Source of the DNA: Octopus sinensis
Lineage: Eukaryota
Direction: 5' to 3'
DNA: 64,000 bases
NCBI RefSeq assembly: GCF_006345805.1
Contig: NC_042997.1
Coordinates: 20,832,001-20,896,000, forward strand
This document shows, piece after piece, positions 1-13,392 of the stretch (position 1 is its first letter; each line of letters starts with the position of its first letter). Below the pieces are notes generated by a model. The model had not been told where the DNA came from and made no database searches. It saw nothing but the letters and a program-made list of their open reading frames with translations. A program made the translations under genes and the position numbers.

Positions 1-197
1 ATATATATATATGCATGTACATCAGACTTCTACATAGGTTTTTTTCAACCAAATTCACTCTCAGAGCATTTGTTGGGCCATGGTTATATTAGAGTAAATG
101 ACACAGGTGAAGATTAACCAAATGGACGTTGGGATACTGAATGACAAGCACAAAAATATTTTTAATGAATTAAAATTTTCCCTCTTAGTTGGAGAAT

Positions 198-540
198 CAT
201 CACCATCATTGTTTAACGTCTGTTTTCCATGCTATCATGGGTTGGACGGTTCAACCGGGGTCTGGGAAGCCAGGAGGCTGCACCAGGCTCCAGTCTGATC
301 TGGCAGTGTTTCTACAGCTTGATGCCCTTCCTAATACCAACCACTCTGTGAGTGTAGAGGGTGCTTTTTACTTGCCACTGGCACAGGGGTCAGAGGAGGC
401 TGGCAAACAGCCATGATCGGTTGGTGTTTTTATGTGTTACCGACACAGATGCCAGTCAGGCAGCTTGGCATCTGCCACGTTCGGATGGTGCTTTTTACGT
501 GTCACTGGTATGGGTATCTTAATTACAATTTCCATTTGAT
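198..540 (-). mobile_element. SINE-like family C
   Basis: (CAT)n followed by gtttaacgtctgttttccatgc. Confidence 0.8.
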
Positions 541-1075
541 TTTTATTTTGATGTTGGTAACAAAAATCTTGCAGTAATTGTTAGTGACTCAAGCTGTAAA
601 AACCCCATACCAAAACTGACCTCACCTGCTCTGGTGCTATGTAATCTGCACTCAGTCCACTCTGCAGAGAGGTTGGTGTTAGGAAGGACATCCAGCAGTA
701 AAAACCATGCCAAAACAGACACTGAAGTCTGGTGCAGTCTTCTGCCTAGCTAGCTCCTGTCAAACTATCCAAACCATGCCAACATGGAAAGTGGACGTTA
801 AATGATGAGGAGGAAGACGATGTTGCATTAACTTTATTACAGGCAATGTTATGTGTTCACTTCACAGCATTTCTACATTCCTTCATTTTTGCACCAAATT
901 CTCAATATTTACAGAATGCTTAAAAGTTTTCAAAATACTTCAGTACCTCTGGTATGAGACAATTTTCAAAACTTAACAATTTATCCTTTTTCATATACAA
1001 ACTTTTACATAGGACACAGTATCCAGTTTCTATATATATAATCAGTAAGCTGGATCATATACATAATATTAACTA

Positions 1076-1497
1076 GGTGTAGGAGTGGCTGTGTGGTAAG
1101 TAGCTTGCTTACAAACCACATGGTTCCGGGTTAAGTCCCATTGCATGGCACCTTGGGCAAGCGTCTTTTACTATAGCCTCGGGCTGGCCAAAACCTAGTG
1201 AGTGGATTTGGTAGACAGAAACCAAAAGAAGCCCGTCGTATATATGTATATATGTATATATACATATATGTATGTGTTTGTATATATTTTTGTTTGTCCC
1301 CCTAACATCGCTTGACAACCTATGCTGGTGTGTTTACGTCCCTTAACTTAGCGGTTCGGCAAAAGGAACTGATAGAATGAGTACTAGGCTTACAAAAAAT
1401 AAGTCCTGGGGTCGATTTGCTCGACTAAAGGTGGTGCTCCAGTATGGCCACAGTCACATGACTGAAAGCAGTAAAAGAGAGTAAAAGGGAAAAGAAG
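1076..1497 (+). mobile_element. tRNA-derived SINE family A
   Basis: ggagtggctgtgtggtaag head, internal microsatellite, gactgaaa..gtaaaagag tail. Copies at 9567, 29899 and 43953. Confidence 0.9.
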
Positions 1498-1799
1498 AGT
1501 ACTTCTCTGCACTATAACATTTTGCTGTTTAAATATTTGTGTCATTTATAAAGATTTTGAAGAATAAAATTCAAGCCACAGTGGTTTTCTTTAACCATAG
1601 AATAGAAAGGTGTTAATTTAATTTGATTGCTGTACAATATCCTGACATATTATTATTGTACGATATCATAATATATAAAAATAAAATATTATATCATCGT
1701 CGTCATCATCATCGTCATTGAAATCATCATCATCATCATCTCATCATCATTTAGCATTCATATTTCCTGCTGGCACAGTTAGGATAATTTTACAGGATC

Positions 1800-2145
1800 A
1801 TTTCTTTCTAGTTTTCACATGTCTTCTACATTCATGGCCCACATCTCATGTCCATGTAGCATTATTGTTTATTCTCTAGTACCATACAGTCTCTCTTTCA
1901 CATTGAGAGAAGAGCCTTTAGTTACTGGCAGAGGTAATAGCTCTCTGAATTTTCTCCATCTATTCATGATGTAGCAACCATACTTTCAACTAATTAGGTA
2001 CCTAGGTAACTGAAATTGTCTACAACCACTTTGGTTGAGAAAATCTATTTCTAATGTGTTCTTAGTGTTTATTGCTTTTGTGCATCTACCACAAACGAAA
2101 TTTACATTCTCAGTTAATCTTCTAGTGATTCCACTGCAGTTCTTG
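1800..2145 (-). mobile_element. Decayed RTE LINE fragment
   Basis: VVDNFSYLG-like and ELLPL..KGF-like segments on the minus strand. Confidence 0.55.
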
Positions 2146-2849
2146 CTATATATATATATGGTGTTTGTGTGTATACATATATATGTATATATGTATATAT
2201 ATAGATATATATAGATATTGATATAGATGTGTGTGTGTGCGTTTTTATAGCTGCATATATGGTCAACTATATGTTCTTTTGTTTCAAACCATTTATATTG
2301 ACCTCATATGAAGTAATATTTTCATAAATGTATCAAAATTGCTTTAATAGCCAATAAAAATCATTTTCTCATAGTTCTTTGACTTGTTGATGCATCCATC
2401 AAATACCCAATAGCTCTTATTGTGCTACTATTCCAACAATCTTTCATATATTTTAAGTCTTATTTGAGGACATCATAGATCAATTAAAATAGAACACCAA
2501 TTACACAATTGTTGAGTTGTTTCATACGTATACATAACTAACAGTTACTACTACACAATCAAACAAAAAAGCATAACATTCTTTAGGGCTTATAAATACC
2601 TGAATCAATTAAGAAGCTTTAGATATTACCAGATCTTCAAGAACTGAATTATAATAGGATGTCATGAGTATTATATATATATGTAGTACATATGAAAAAA
2701 CAAAACTCATTTGTACTATCTCCCAAGTTTTCGTTGTTCATTTTATGTGGGAGAACTAGAGTTATAAACCTCAAACAATAAAGAGTCCTTGATTGGAAAG
2801 AATAGTTTTCCCAGCCTGAATTTGATCAAATTAATTCTATCTTATTTGT

Positions 2850-3260
2850 TACTAAGGGAGAAGCTACAGTCCTGTGACATAGAAAGCAGCTGGGAATTCC
2901 TGCGAGATAGCTTGCTGGAGGCCACAGACCAAATGTGTGGCTGGTGCAAAGTCCCTTCCAGGCCTAGGGTAACACGGTGGTGGAATAATAGTATGTGAAG
3001 GTTAGAAAAGGAGGAGGCTAGTATGCTCTGTGGGATGTGTGATGTAAGTGTACATGTTTGACAGTGTGCCACTGTTTTGAGAGTGAATTTAGGCATTGGC
3101 TGTGTGCAAGAGAGAAGACTGTTCATTTGGTCATGTAATGCAGATGGATGCTAACAGCTCCATAAAGAAATACCAATCTCTCAAAGTGGATGGAACACAT
3201 GGAAGTGGGAAACCCAACAAGACATGGAATGAAGTTCTGAAGAACAACCTCAAAAGTGCA
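2850..3260 (+). mobile_element. Decayed, internally deleted RTE LINE fragment
   Basis: WEFLRDSLLEATDQMCGW...TRWWN joined to C-terminal RTE-like sequence. Confidence 0.65.
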
Positions 3261-3681
3261 TCTCAGTAACCATTCTGTTGTTTTTGGTTCCATATCACTC
3301 TGACACAAGATGTCATTGGAGGGGCGGTATTTCTATTTTTTGGCACATACTTGGACTCTGCAAATACTAATCCTCAGTTCATTAAGGTATTTCTATTTTA
3401 CCCAGTTTGGTTCTACACCCGTCAGATCCTGTTCAATTTTCACCATTTCCATTGTTATAGAGGATGAAATTGTCATTGTATCACTTTCTCAAAAACTTCA
3501 TTGTAACTTAATTTATTCTGGTGGTAGATGTAAAGAGTGTGATTCATTAAAGGGAGTTTTCCCTTGACTTCTTGCAATTCTGCTATGATGTTTGGAATAC
3601 CGTGCATCTATGTGTTACTGTTGCTAATGTTCTTTTATACTGGTTGCACTGTATTGAAATAAAAATGGGAATAGTCATGGT

Positions 3682-3749
3682 TGAAATGTCTTCACTCATA
3701 GATCAGTTTGGTAAGTGAAATGTCTTCACTCATAGATCTGTTTGGTAAG
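3682..3749. repeat. 34-bp tandem duplication
   Basis: tgaaatgtcttcactcatagatcwgtttggtaag occurs twice. Confidence 0.9.
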
Positions 3750-4249
3750 TGAATTTCTTTGAAGTTCATTGTAAATCATGAAAATCTCAAAGATTGGTCA
3801 GTGTCTTTTTACTGAAGCATAATTATAAACAAAATATCTTGCCAAAATGTTTTACTTCTTTTATTTTTCCACAATCTGTATTAAATAATATTCTAATGTC
3901 TTTGAGTGCTAGGGCTTACAATAACATTATGTTGCATTCGATCAAATCTTTTCTGAAGTTATATTATTGTTTTTATTTGAAGCTTTTCATAAATCATTCA
4001 TAATGTCATTCAAGAGAGCATAAATTGGGAAATTTATTGCAAACATGACTTATACACAAAGAAATAAAGGCTTGCTATGCTCTTGGTGTAAGACTAAATC
4101 CTTCATTCATTTATTTAACACAAGAATAGAGCTGAAGATAGTATTTTATTTCTGTTTAGCACTTAAAGGTTAAGAGTTAAGGAATACTATTTCAGAAGGA
4201 AAGATTTCTCTAGAGGAAAACTGGCTTTATTTCAAGTTTAACTTAAAAG

Positions 4250-4440
4250 AAATATTTTTATGAAGTATATTTTTTATTAAGAAGAAAGTCATGATTAATC
4301 TAAGTTTTATTTTGCTGGGAACCTTTAAAACAATTAATAAAAATCCTTTGATCTAACAAATATCTTATTTGTGATATATAACTTTCTTTTCTTCCTTAAT
4401 CTGTAATTTGGTTTTAAGCTTAGTCATTTCTCTATATTAT
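4250..4440 (-). other. Probable terminal 3'UTR exon of the secreted-protein gene
   Basis: Strong acceptor gtatttttttttattttcag| at 4441, with AATAAA at 4311-4306 and 4278-4273 on the minus strand. The 3' end is approximate. Confidence 0.5.
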
Positions 4441-6930
4441 CTGAAAATAAAAAAAAATACATAAATATATTGAAGGAATAAAATAAAACGGTAATTTATT
4501 GATCAATTGTTTTGTTTCTATTTTGGTACTACATTGTAATTTAAGCTGCAGATACATAAAAAGATGTATTCAAATTTATAAACTAGAACAAATTTAATAA
4601 CAGCAAAAATGCTTGGAATATTTTCTACTTTGTTTATTTTAAAATTAGCTTTAATTATATTTTGGTTTGGCACCTATTTACTAGGCTCAGTATATTTCGT
4701 CAGTTATATTTCATTTTACTGCTCCTAACGTATGGAAAGGGATCCAATGTTCGGTGAAGTTATGGTATACTAGCCAACTTATTTTTAATACTTTTAGGTG
4801 GGATGAAGCATGCGTAATCTTTGCAGTTCTTTCAGAATGGGAAAGTCAATGAATTCAATGTTCTAGGAGAGTGAACAAGTTCCAGGTAAGTCATTTTAAA
4901 AGACATGAAATTGGATAAGTATTTACCTTTGAATTTTGTAGAATGAGATATGGTAAAGATGAAAGACAAGGGAGAACAATGCTTTGAGAACATTTGGATT
5001 TTGATAGTAGTGATAATGGAAACACAGGCAGAGAATACAGCATGTTAATGAGTGAATTTGCCTATTAGTTGAACTACTTTTTTCTTTAATAATAATTAAA
5101 AGAAAAGTAGCACTTTTGTTTATGTACATGTTCACATCTTCACTCTAACAACCATAAATGCATTATTGATGGGTGACATTGAATTCAAACTATTCCCTGG
5201 AACTTGGCAATGCAAACTAAGCCAAAATATAGTATTTAGTAAGATTCCTGTACTTTAGGATTCAGAAATGGAAGCCAAACTTATCTTGAGTCTCTACTAG
5301 AGAATAAAATTTGCTGAGGTCCGTTTAATTCAATGAAGTATTATAGATTAATTTACCATTATATATAATTGAACAATTTAGACAAAGCAGGAAAAAAAAT
5401 TTAAGCAAAAATATCGCCTGAATAGCCATGTGTCTAAAGAATTTAGAAAGACATTGATTTCTATGTTCCAATTATAATTTTATTAATCTTAAAAGTTTTC
5501 TTATAGTTGTAACTGTTTTCCCTTCATTGTAAACTGAAGCGTTATTCCCAACATCATACTGTTGTGGAATATATTCATGCTCAGTCTTTGAAGTTTTACA
5601 CTTAATTTAGGCTAATAATCTAACAACAAGCAATCAATAATCATATTCATGATGGAATATATCTATAGTCAGTATAGCAGTGAATTCATTATACCAAATT
5701 CATTTCATTAGCTATTTCTATATTATTCAATTTCAATCAATGATATCCAATGAATTTTCATTTTTCTGCATCACAATGGTAACAAATTGTTTCTTGAATA
5801 CAGGCAGAATTCATTAATTTCCAATTTCTTCATAAACTATTTAGAGTTTACAATAAACAATACAAAAGGCATACTGAGTATATATTGTTTGAAATTACAA
5901 CTAAATATAGTTGGGCTTTAGATATGTTGAAACTATAATACGTTATATATTTAGGTATTTTTGTTCATAGAAACTGACATACGTCAACATAATTGATTTT
6001 TTTTTGAAAGGCATGAATTTTTAGATTTACAGGGGCAAAAAATGAAATAGATTGATGCTCATAACTTTCTTGAAGGTATTTGAGAATAAAGTGAAATGAC
6101 TGCAACTTGAAATGAAAACTATGTTTTGAATTCAAATTGTCAGAAACTTGCTATAATTATATGTTTACACAATCAATTCCATTTGATATCATTGCATTGA
6201 TGCCTATCAGTTTCGTAACCATGTTCATGGTTCTGTTGGTGGATTTATGGATATGGAGGCTTATTGTACACAAAAAAGCCCATAGCTTTACAAAGAGGAT
6301 TCAAAAGATATGCAGGAAAGGATTTTAGTGGCAGGTTCACATTAGGAGATATTCTAAGAAATTCAACTGTTTATGAATTTAATATGCTATTTTACAATCA
6401 CTATACTTGAAATGTATTAATTTCAAACTATTGAACTCATATGAAATCCATATCCACATCATTATAGGTTTAACAGCAGCATTTTTATACTTGCATCGCT
6501 AAGAGAGAATTCTCTGCAACAGTTTTTTTCTATAACTGGATACTCTTGCTGTTACCTACCCTCACCTTTCTCCAGGCAAGGTATATTTCCTCTCATCCTT
6601 CATACATGAAAAACACAATGACTGAACATACTTTCATGGAAGAATGCAGATAACTGCAACGACTTTTATGATGGTAACCATTTATTTATAGTTTGTGCAA
6701 GATGTGTGTGAGAGTGTGTGTATGTGTGCATGTGTGCATGCGTGTGGGTGGGTGTGAATGTACCAAGGAAAAGACTGACTGTGACAGTGGCACACCTTCA
6801 TCAGGGTATCTGATGGTTAGCAAACCAACACCTTAAAAGTTACCATCAAAATGTTAATAAATATGTCCTCTACATAAAAGTAGTGAATAATCTTTCAGTT
6901 CAATGCTAAATTTTTATACAACTTGGCATA

Positions 6931-6965
<35 letters not shown>

Positions 6966-7372
6966 TAGGCACATGCCATAAGTAATTACTCAGGGTAGGC
7001 AGTTGGTGATATTTATGTAATAAAACACACAAAAAATAAGTAAAACACAGCCATATGACTGAGTTGAAGGCAGATTTACTTCTGCCTTTATAGCACGTAA
7101 AGAAAATGTTGTTGGAGGAATGTATACAACTTGTATACTACTTTAGTACTATGCATAGCTTAAATACTGAGATTGAAAGGTGGGGGCAAATTATAATTAC
7201 TTAATCTACAAAATAATAAAATATTTTGCATTTTATGCATAGTAATCTGAGCAACATTTATAATTTTATTGAATTAGGTGCATATTTTCCCATAAAAGTA
7301 AAATGTTGTTATTGATCTGTTTTATTCAAGGTAGGCACTGCCTACCTTGTTAACCTAGGTTGCATGTCCCTG
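6966..7372. mobile_element. Possible hAT-like MITE
   Basis: Imperfect TIR taggcacatgc / gcatgtccctg. No clear TSD. Confidence 0.35.
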
Positions 7373-7377
7373 ATATA

Positions 7378-7416
<39 letters not shown>

Positions 7417-7608
7417 GTAAATGTATTATGTTCCAATTATTTGGTAACCATGATAAAACTCCAAGTTTCGGATGCCGAGGTCTCTTTCATTCTTTTGTTG
7501 TCTTACCATTTTTATCAGTAATGTATATACATACATATATATATATATATTTCGTTTCTGGAATTGGTTTGCAAGATTTTTATATGAGTTCGTGTGTTGA
7601 AGCATATA

Positions 7609-7908
7609 CTATTGTGTCTGGGGAGAGTCATTTTCTTTTTGTGCCTTATGTAACACACTCACCGGTAAAATTTCCACGTTTTTTTTTTTTTATTGTCCTA
7701 AAATTTTCGTTGCGTCTTGCAAACTTTTCAATAGTTTTGATTCTTAAAAACTATTGAAAACTATTGAAACACTTCAAAACTACTGAAAATGTTGCAAGAC
7801 GCAACGAAAATTTTAGGACAATAAAAATAAGAAAACGTGGAAATTTTACCTGTGGGTGTGTTACATGATAAGATACAAACAGAAAATGACTCTCCCCAGA
7901 CACAATAG
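7609..7908. repeat. Imperfect inverted repeat (about 130-bp arms) of a dispersed repeat
   Basis: ctattgtgtctggggagagtcattttc... against ...gaaaatgactctccccagacacaatag. A single-arm copy lies at 38258-38355. Confidence 0.9.
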
Positions 7909-7912
7909 AATA

Positions 7913-8007
<95 letters not shown>

Positions 8008-8305
8008 TCAGGGTGAATACTTGATAAGTGTAAGCGCCTCTATATGCCACCTATATATATATATAGTGCCTGTCCGGCACTAGTCACCATGATAGATCGT
8101 TAGCCACTACACACATTTTTTCTCTCTTTTTTACTCTCCTTTTTCTCTCCTTTTTTCTCTCCTTGTTTTTTCTGTGTCCCTTTCTGTAGAAGAGTATAGG
8201 CTCAAAACGTAAAAGACTTTTTCTATTCCTGAGGGTTATACTAATACATCTGTTTGTTTTGTACACAACCTGTCTTCGTCTTTTGTTTTTTTCATAAACT
8301 CTCCC

Positions 8306-8341
<36 letters not shown>

Positions 8342-8345
8342 CTAC

Positions 8346-8391
<46 letters not shown>

Positions 8392-8863
8392 TCATCATCA
8401 CTGATTTGCATCTGGCTTTCAATAATGGTATAGTGTGTGTGCTTGTGTGTGTGCATGTGTGTGTGCTCGTGTATGTGTGTGTGTGTGTGTGTGTGTGCAC
8501 GCACATGTGCATGCTTGTGTCTGAATGTTGTTATTTCCATTTCTTGCAGAAGATTGTTCAAGTGAAAATTGAATTGTTAGCATTTACATTGCAGATAAAC
8601 ATGTCTCCTGATTTTTCAAGCTTGAAGCAGTGGGAATGATAACTCCCTTAACATTGTGAAACATGAAAAGGCTGACAAAAGGAAGAGCATCGGTCTTTAA
8701 ATATACTGCCTCAAATAAATATCTAATTAACTTATACCAACATAGAAAGATATTTGTAAAACAATTGACCAAATAAATATATTTTGTTTAAAACCGAATA
8801 AAGAATTAAAGAAATAAAATCATGTAAAAACACTTAAATATGAGAATTTATTCTTAACTTACC

Positions 8864-9066
8864 TTAATAGTGTACGAAAGGATAATGTCCAACAGCATAA
8901 TAGGGAGAGTATTGATTATTAGAATTATAGATGAACCCCAGATGTGGAATGTGGTAGGCAGTAATATCCAGATTTGGCATATGTACAAATGCATTTACAT
9001 AGGGTATGATACTAGTCAAGATTTGAGTTAGACCAATTGGTTGATCATAACCGCCATTGTATCCTC
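8864..9066 (-). CDS. Coding exon C (G-GYNGGYDQPIGLTQ...YSPYYAVGHYPFVHY*), Tyr/His/Gly-rich mature region
   Basis: Acceptor tttttaaaacaactag|, 66 open codons then TAA, followed by G|GTAAGT donor at 8863/8862. Confidence 0.8.
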
Positions 9067-9497
9067 CTAGTTGTTTTAAAAAATAATATATTTATTATTT
9101 GTATAAGGATTTAAAGTCTATAATAAATTCAGAAAATTCTACACAATTCGTTTTTTGGTGTCACAAAAATCAATGAACAAGGGAGAAGCACTGCAAATTA
9201 AAGATACACCATGTGGCTGTACAACCTCAGTGGATGGTGCCAGTCAGCAGACTCATGCCCGAGAGTCACATCAAGTGACTTCTAATGGCAGAACCCTGAA
9301 CTACAATGGGTTTGTCTCACAAAGAACATTTCCGATTACATTTGCGTATTATATTATATATATATATATAGTCATCATCATCATTTAACATAAATGATGA
9401 TGATGATATAAATATGTATACATGTGTATATGTATGTATATGTGTGTGTGTACACACGCATATATGTTTATATATATGTATCTATACATAGATATAA

Positions 9498-9539
<42 letters not shown>

Positions 9540-9566
9540 ATATGTATATATATATACATATATATA

Positions 9567-9965
9567 GGCGCAGGAGTGGCTGTGTGGTAAGTAGCTTGTT
9601 TACCAACCACATGGTTCTGGGTTCAGTCCCACTGTGTGACACCTTGGGCAAGTGTCTTCTACTATAGCCTCGGGCCGACCAAAGCCTTGTGAGTTGATTT
9701 GGTAGACGGAAACTGAAAGAAGCCTGTCGTATATATGTATATATATATATGTGTGTGTGTGTTTGTCCCCCTAGCATTGCTTGACAACCAATGCGGGTGT
9801 GTTTGTGTCCCCGTTACTTAGCGGTTCGGCAAAAGAGACCGATAGAATAAGTACTGGGCTTACAAAAGAATAAGTCCCGGGGTCGAGTTGCTTGATTAAA
9901 GGCAGTGCTCCAGCATGGCCGCAGTCAAATGACTGAAACAAGTGAAAAATAAAAAAATAAAAGAG
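9567..9965 (+). mobile_element. SINE family A (intronic)
   Basis: Full-length match to 1076-1497. Confidence 0.9.
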
Positions 9966-10713
9966 AATATATATGTGTGTGTGTGTGTGTGTGTGTATAG
10001 ATAGATAGGTAACTAGATAAACAGATAGACAGACAGACAGATGAATAGATAGATGATTCACATCATCATTAATTCCAGTTTCTTGGTTGGATATACATAC
10101 TATGATGGCAAAAATTCTTTTCTTCATCACCTGAGTAAATGCACACAGGTTGGCATGAAAATCATAGCAGTACAAGAGTAAATCTTCTGATTCAAAGAAA
10201 TAAGGAAAATATACTTCATAATTTTTGTACATTTCCCTCATTGGGACACCCCAGACATGTGTTAATGCACTCATACACACACATATATATAGACATATAC
10301 TCAGCTGACACACGCATAAATGCATACACACACATACAGACAGATATATGTGTATATGAATGAAGATTGAGTCGAGTTACTTGTTGCAAATTAGAAAGCT
10401 TGCAAATATTTTCTTTTTTTTTTCACATTAATAAATTGCTTAATTACATTTTAAAATGACATTAATAATAACAGGACTTATATTTGAAGATTAATTAATT
10501 ATGTCTGAAGATTAATTAGATATGTCTAATGTTTGATGTATAATGTTTAACCATTAATGCATAATGATTAATCTAAATATTATGACTACTGATAATGCCA
10601 GGTTACAATCTAAATATACTTTAAAGTATTTTGTATTAGATTTTGTTTTGTAAACAACATTTTTAATAATTTAAATTGATTTACTTTTGAAGAAAAAATA
10701 AAAAAATATTTAC

Positions 10714-10770
10714 CTCCGACAACCCAGTTAGCTTGAGCTGTTGCAGGAGAAGCAAGCAGTCCAACGAACA
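10714..10770 (-). CDS. Coding exon B (V-FVGLLASPATAQANWVVG), completes the signal peptide
   Basis: Acceptor ttttgtaacaatttcag|, donor GAG|GTAAAT. 57-nt phase 1-1 exon, in frame with exons A and C. Confidence 0.8.
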
Positions 10771-11299
10771 CTGAAATTGTTACAAAATTGATAGTAAATC
10801 TCATTTATAATTTTTTTACGATAATATATTCACTTCTTAATTCATAACTAATACATTATTTATTAAATATTTTATTAATCTCTTTATCTAATTCATTAAC
10901 TTTTTACTTGGGTGGTCACCTATTATTAATGTTTACATTATATTTACATTCAAAATTTGATATTTTTGAGAGATTGTAATCTGTTCAATTTCTACAAAAT
11001 ACCAAAGACAGTTTCTGTTATAAAACCACTCAAGTTTGAAACTAAATACATTGCTGATGTTGTTCCAACATGACAATGAATTTCAAATTTTGGCTCTTAT
11101 TAGGAGTTGTGTGATAGCAGTCAATTGCATATTACATACAACTTTTCATTATTCTATACTGACAATTCTTATATGACATTATGCAAATTTAAACAGAAAA
11201 GTAATTTGTCAATTATAAGCCACAAATGCTTTGGATATGAAGGGAAAATAGTCTTTGATTTACAAAAATCATCTTTTTAAACATATATAATTTTTGGTG

Positions 11300-11675
11300 T
11301 CTAGGGTGCTAAGAGCACCATCCGAGTGTGATCATTGCCAGAGCGACTAACTGGCATCCATACCAGTGGCATGTAAAAGGCACCATTCGAACGTGATCAT
11401 TACCAGCGTCGCCTTACTGGCACCTGTGCCGGTGGCATGTGTAAAAAGAGTCGAGCAAGGTCGTTGCCAGTACCACCTGACTGGCCTCCGTGCCACTGGC
11501 ATGTAAAAGCACCCACTACACTCTCGGAGTGGTTGGCATTAGAAAAGGCATCCAGCTGTAGAAACTCTACTAGATCAAGATTGGAGCCTAGTGCAGCCGT
11601 CTGGTTCACCAGCCCTCAGTCAAATCGTCCAAGCCATGCTAGCATGGAAAGCGGACGTTAAATGATGATGATGAT
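11300..11675 (+). mobile_element. SINE-like family C with RTE-type tail and (ATG)n (intronic)
   Basis: ggcatccagctgtagaaac...gcatggaaagcggacgttaaatgatgatg. Copies at 198, 590, 20947, 22575, 26604, 46062, 47638 and 63866. Confidence 0.85.
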
Positions 11676-12220
11676 AGATATGAGTTTTCATTTATAAACT
11701 TAAAATAATATTAAGATGTATACAAGTAAATTGGCACATTTGGACATTATAAAAGTATGTTAATAAAGAAATGTAACTTTCTCTTTCTTTTGGAAAAGGT
11801 TCCAGGACTTGAAATGGCTCCAACATCTAAATAAAAACTCTTGGTTAACAAAAAGTTAAATTCATGGATAGAAATGTCTAAGGACTCTTGATTTGATATA
11901 TGTTATCTGTAGGATTTTGCATGGTAAGTCTTAGACTATCAACATACTTAGGGTTTTTGTTGAAGTAGTGCTTGGTTTTTCTGTTACTTGGCAACTGTAT
12001 TTATGGAGGTTATCCTGAAAAATATATCTGCAAATCAACTACTTTCCATCATTAGTTTCTCTTAATTATAAATAAAATTATTCAGGATACTTGTATTAAG
12101 TGGTTTATGAATTTCAAGTGTCTGTTCTTGTAAGTGCACTGCTCAGCACACAAATGTAATATGATAAAATATTATGTGTGCATTTGCAGAAGTAATTAGG
12201 AATTGATTTATAAATCTTAC

Positions 12221-12260
12221 CTGTAACAAATAGGCAAATCAGGAGTGAAGTTGAAGCCAT
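12221..12260 (-). CDS. Coding exon A (MASTSLLICLFVT, signal peptide start); full exon 12282-12221
   Basis: Acceptor ctatcttacttttgacag| at 12283, ATG in context gacaATGg, donor ACAG|GTAAGA in phase 1. Confidence 0.8.
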
Positions 12261-13039
12261 TGTCTTGTTTTTTGAAAATGAGCTGTCAAAAGTAAGATAG
12301 TTTATTCTTAATGAGAATATGCCAAACCATTTCGATAAGGAAATGCATGGTGAAACGCAAATCGTTTTGACATAATAGAAAATATAATTTTGCAAAGGGG
12401 AAATGTGTGTAATGTGTTAGATAGAGTATTAATAAATATAAAAGATATAGAATTTATTCTGGAAAGTTATAAAGTATTAACTACTTAAGCTTATTTAGTA
12501 TAAGTATTTACATACAAATAACGTTAGGAAATATAATGTTTTAGAAGTAAAAGATAACCAATTTACTGAATAACTACAACTTAATAAAAAATGTATTAAC
12601 TTTTAATGGAAAAAATCTATTTATTAGACATCTGGATTAGATTTAGCCATTTACCATATATACTTTGGTATGGCTGTGTACTTCAGAAATGATTTCTTCA
12701 AAACTTTCATTTGACAAATAATTTGTGAGGGAAATTTGGTAGATTGAAATAGCATGGTTATAATGTTGCACACTTAATTGCAAGCTTGTGGTTTCAGTTC
12801 TTGGATCAGGATGAGTTGAGTTCTTGAGCAAAACACTTATTTCACATTGCTCTATGATTCTTTGAACATCTAATGTATAGCACATCATGCACCTCAGGCA
12901 ATGGTGGTTTGAGGAAGGGAAGGAGCTAATATAGAGAATATACATTCGATCTCTGTAAACAAATAATCTGTGCAGGTTCGGCAAGAAATTTCAGAACCCT
13001 CATATGTTGTCTATGGCAGGGAAGTCTATGAGTTCATGA

Positions 13040-13392
13040 CATACATATGTATGTACATACATGCATGCATATAAACGTACATATATACATACACACATAT
13101 GTACGTACACACACATACATACATATACATACATACAAACATACATACATACATATATACTTACATGCATACATACATACATACTTACATGCATACATAC
13201 ATGCATATATACATACACACACATGTATACATATACGTACATACATACATACATACATACATACATACATACATACATACATACATACATGCATGCATGC
13301 ATGCATACATACATACATACATGCATGCATGCATGCATACATACATACATACATACATACATACATACATACATACATACATGCATACATAC
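13040..13392. repeat. (TACA)n/(TGCA)n compound microsatellite (intron 1)
   Basis: Seen directly; source of six spurious ORFs in the track. Confidence 0.95.

Noticed and set aside
10610-10804. ORF-track protein MRFTINFVTIS... as the gene start
   Set aside because: Its first codons form the tttcag acceptor tract of exon B. The exon at 12260 gives a better start context and signal peptide.
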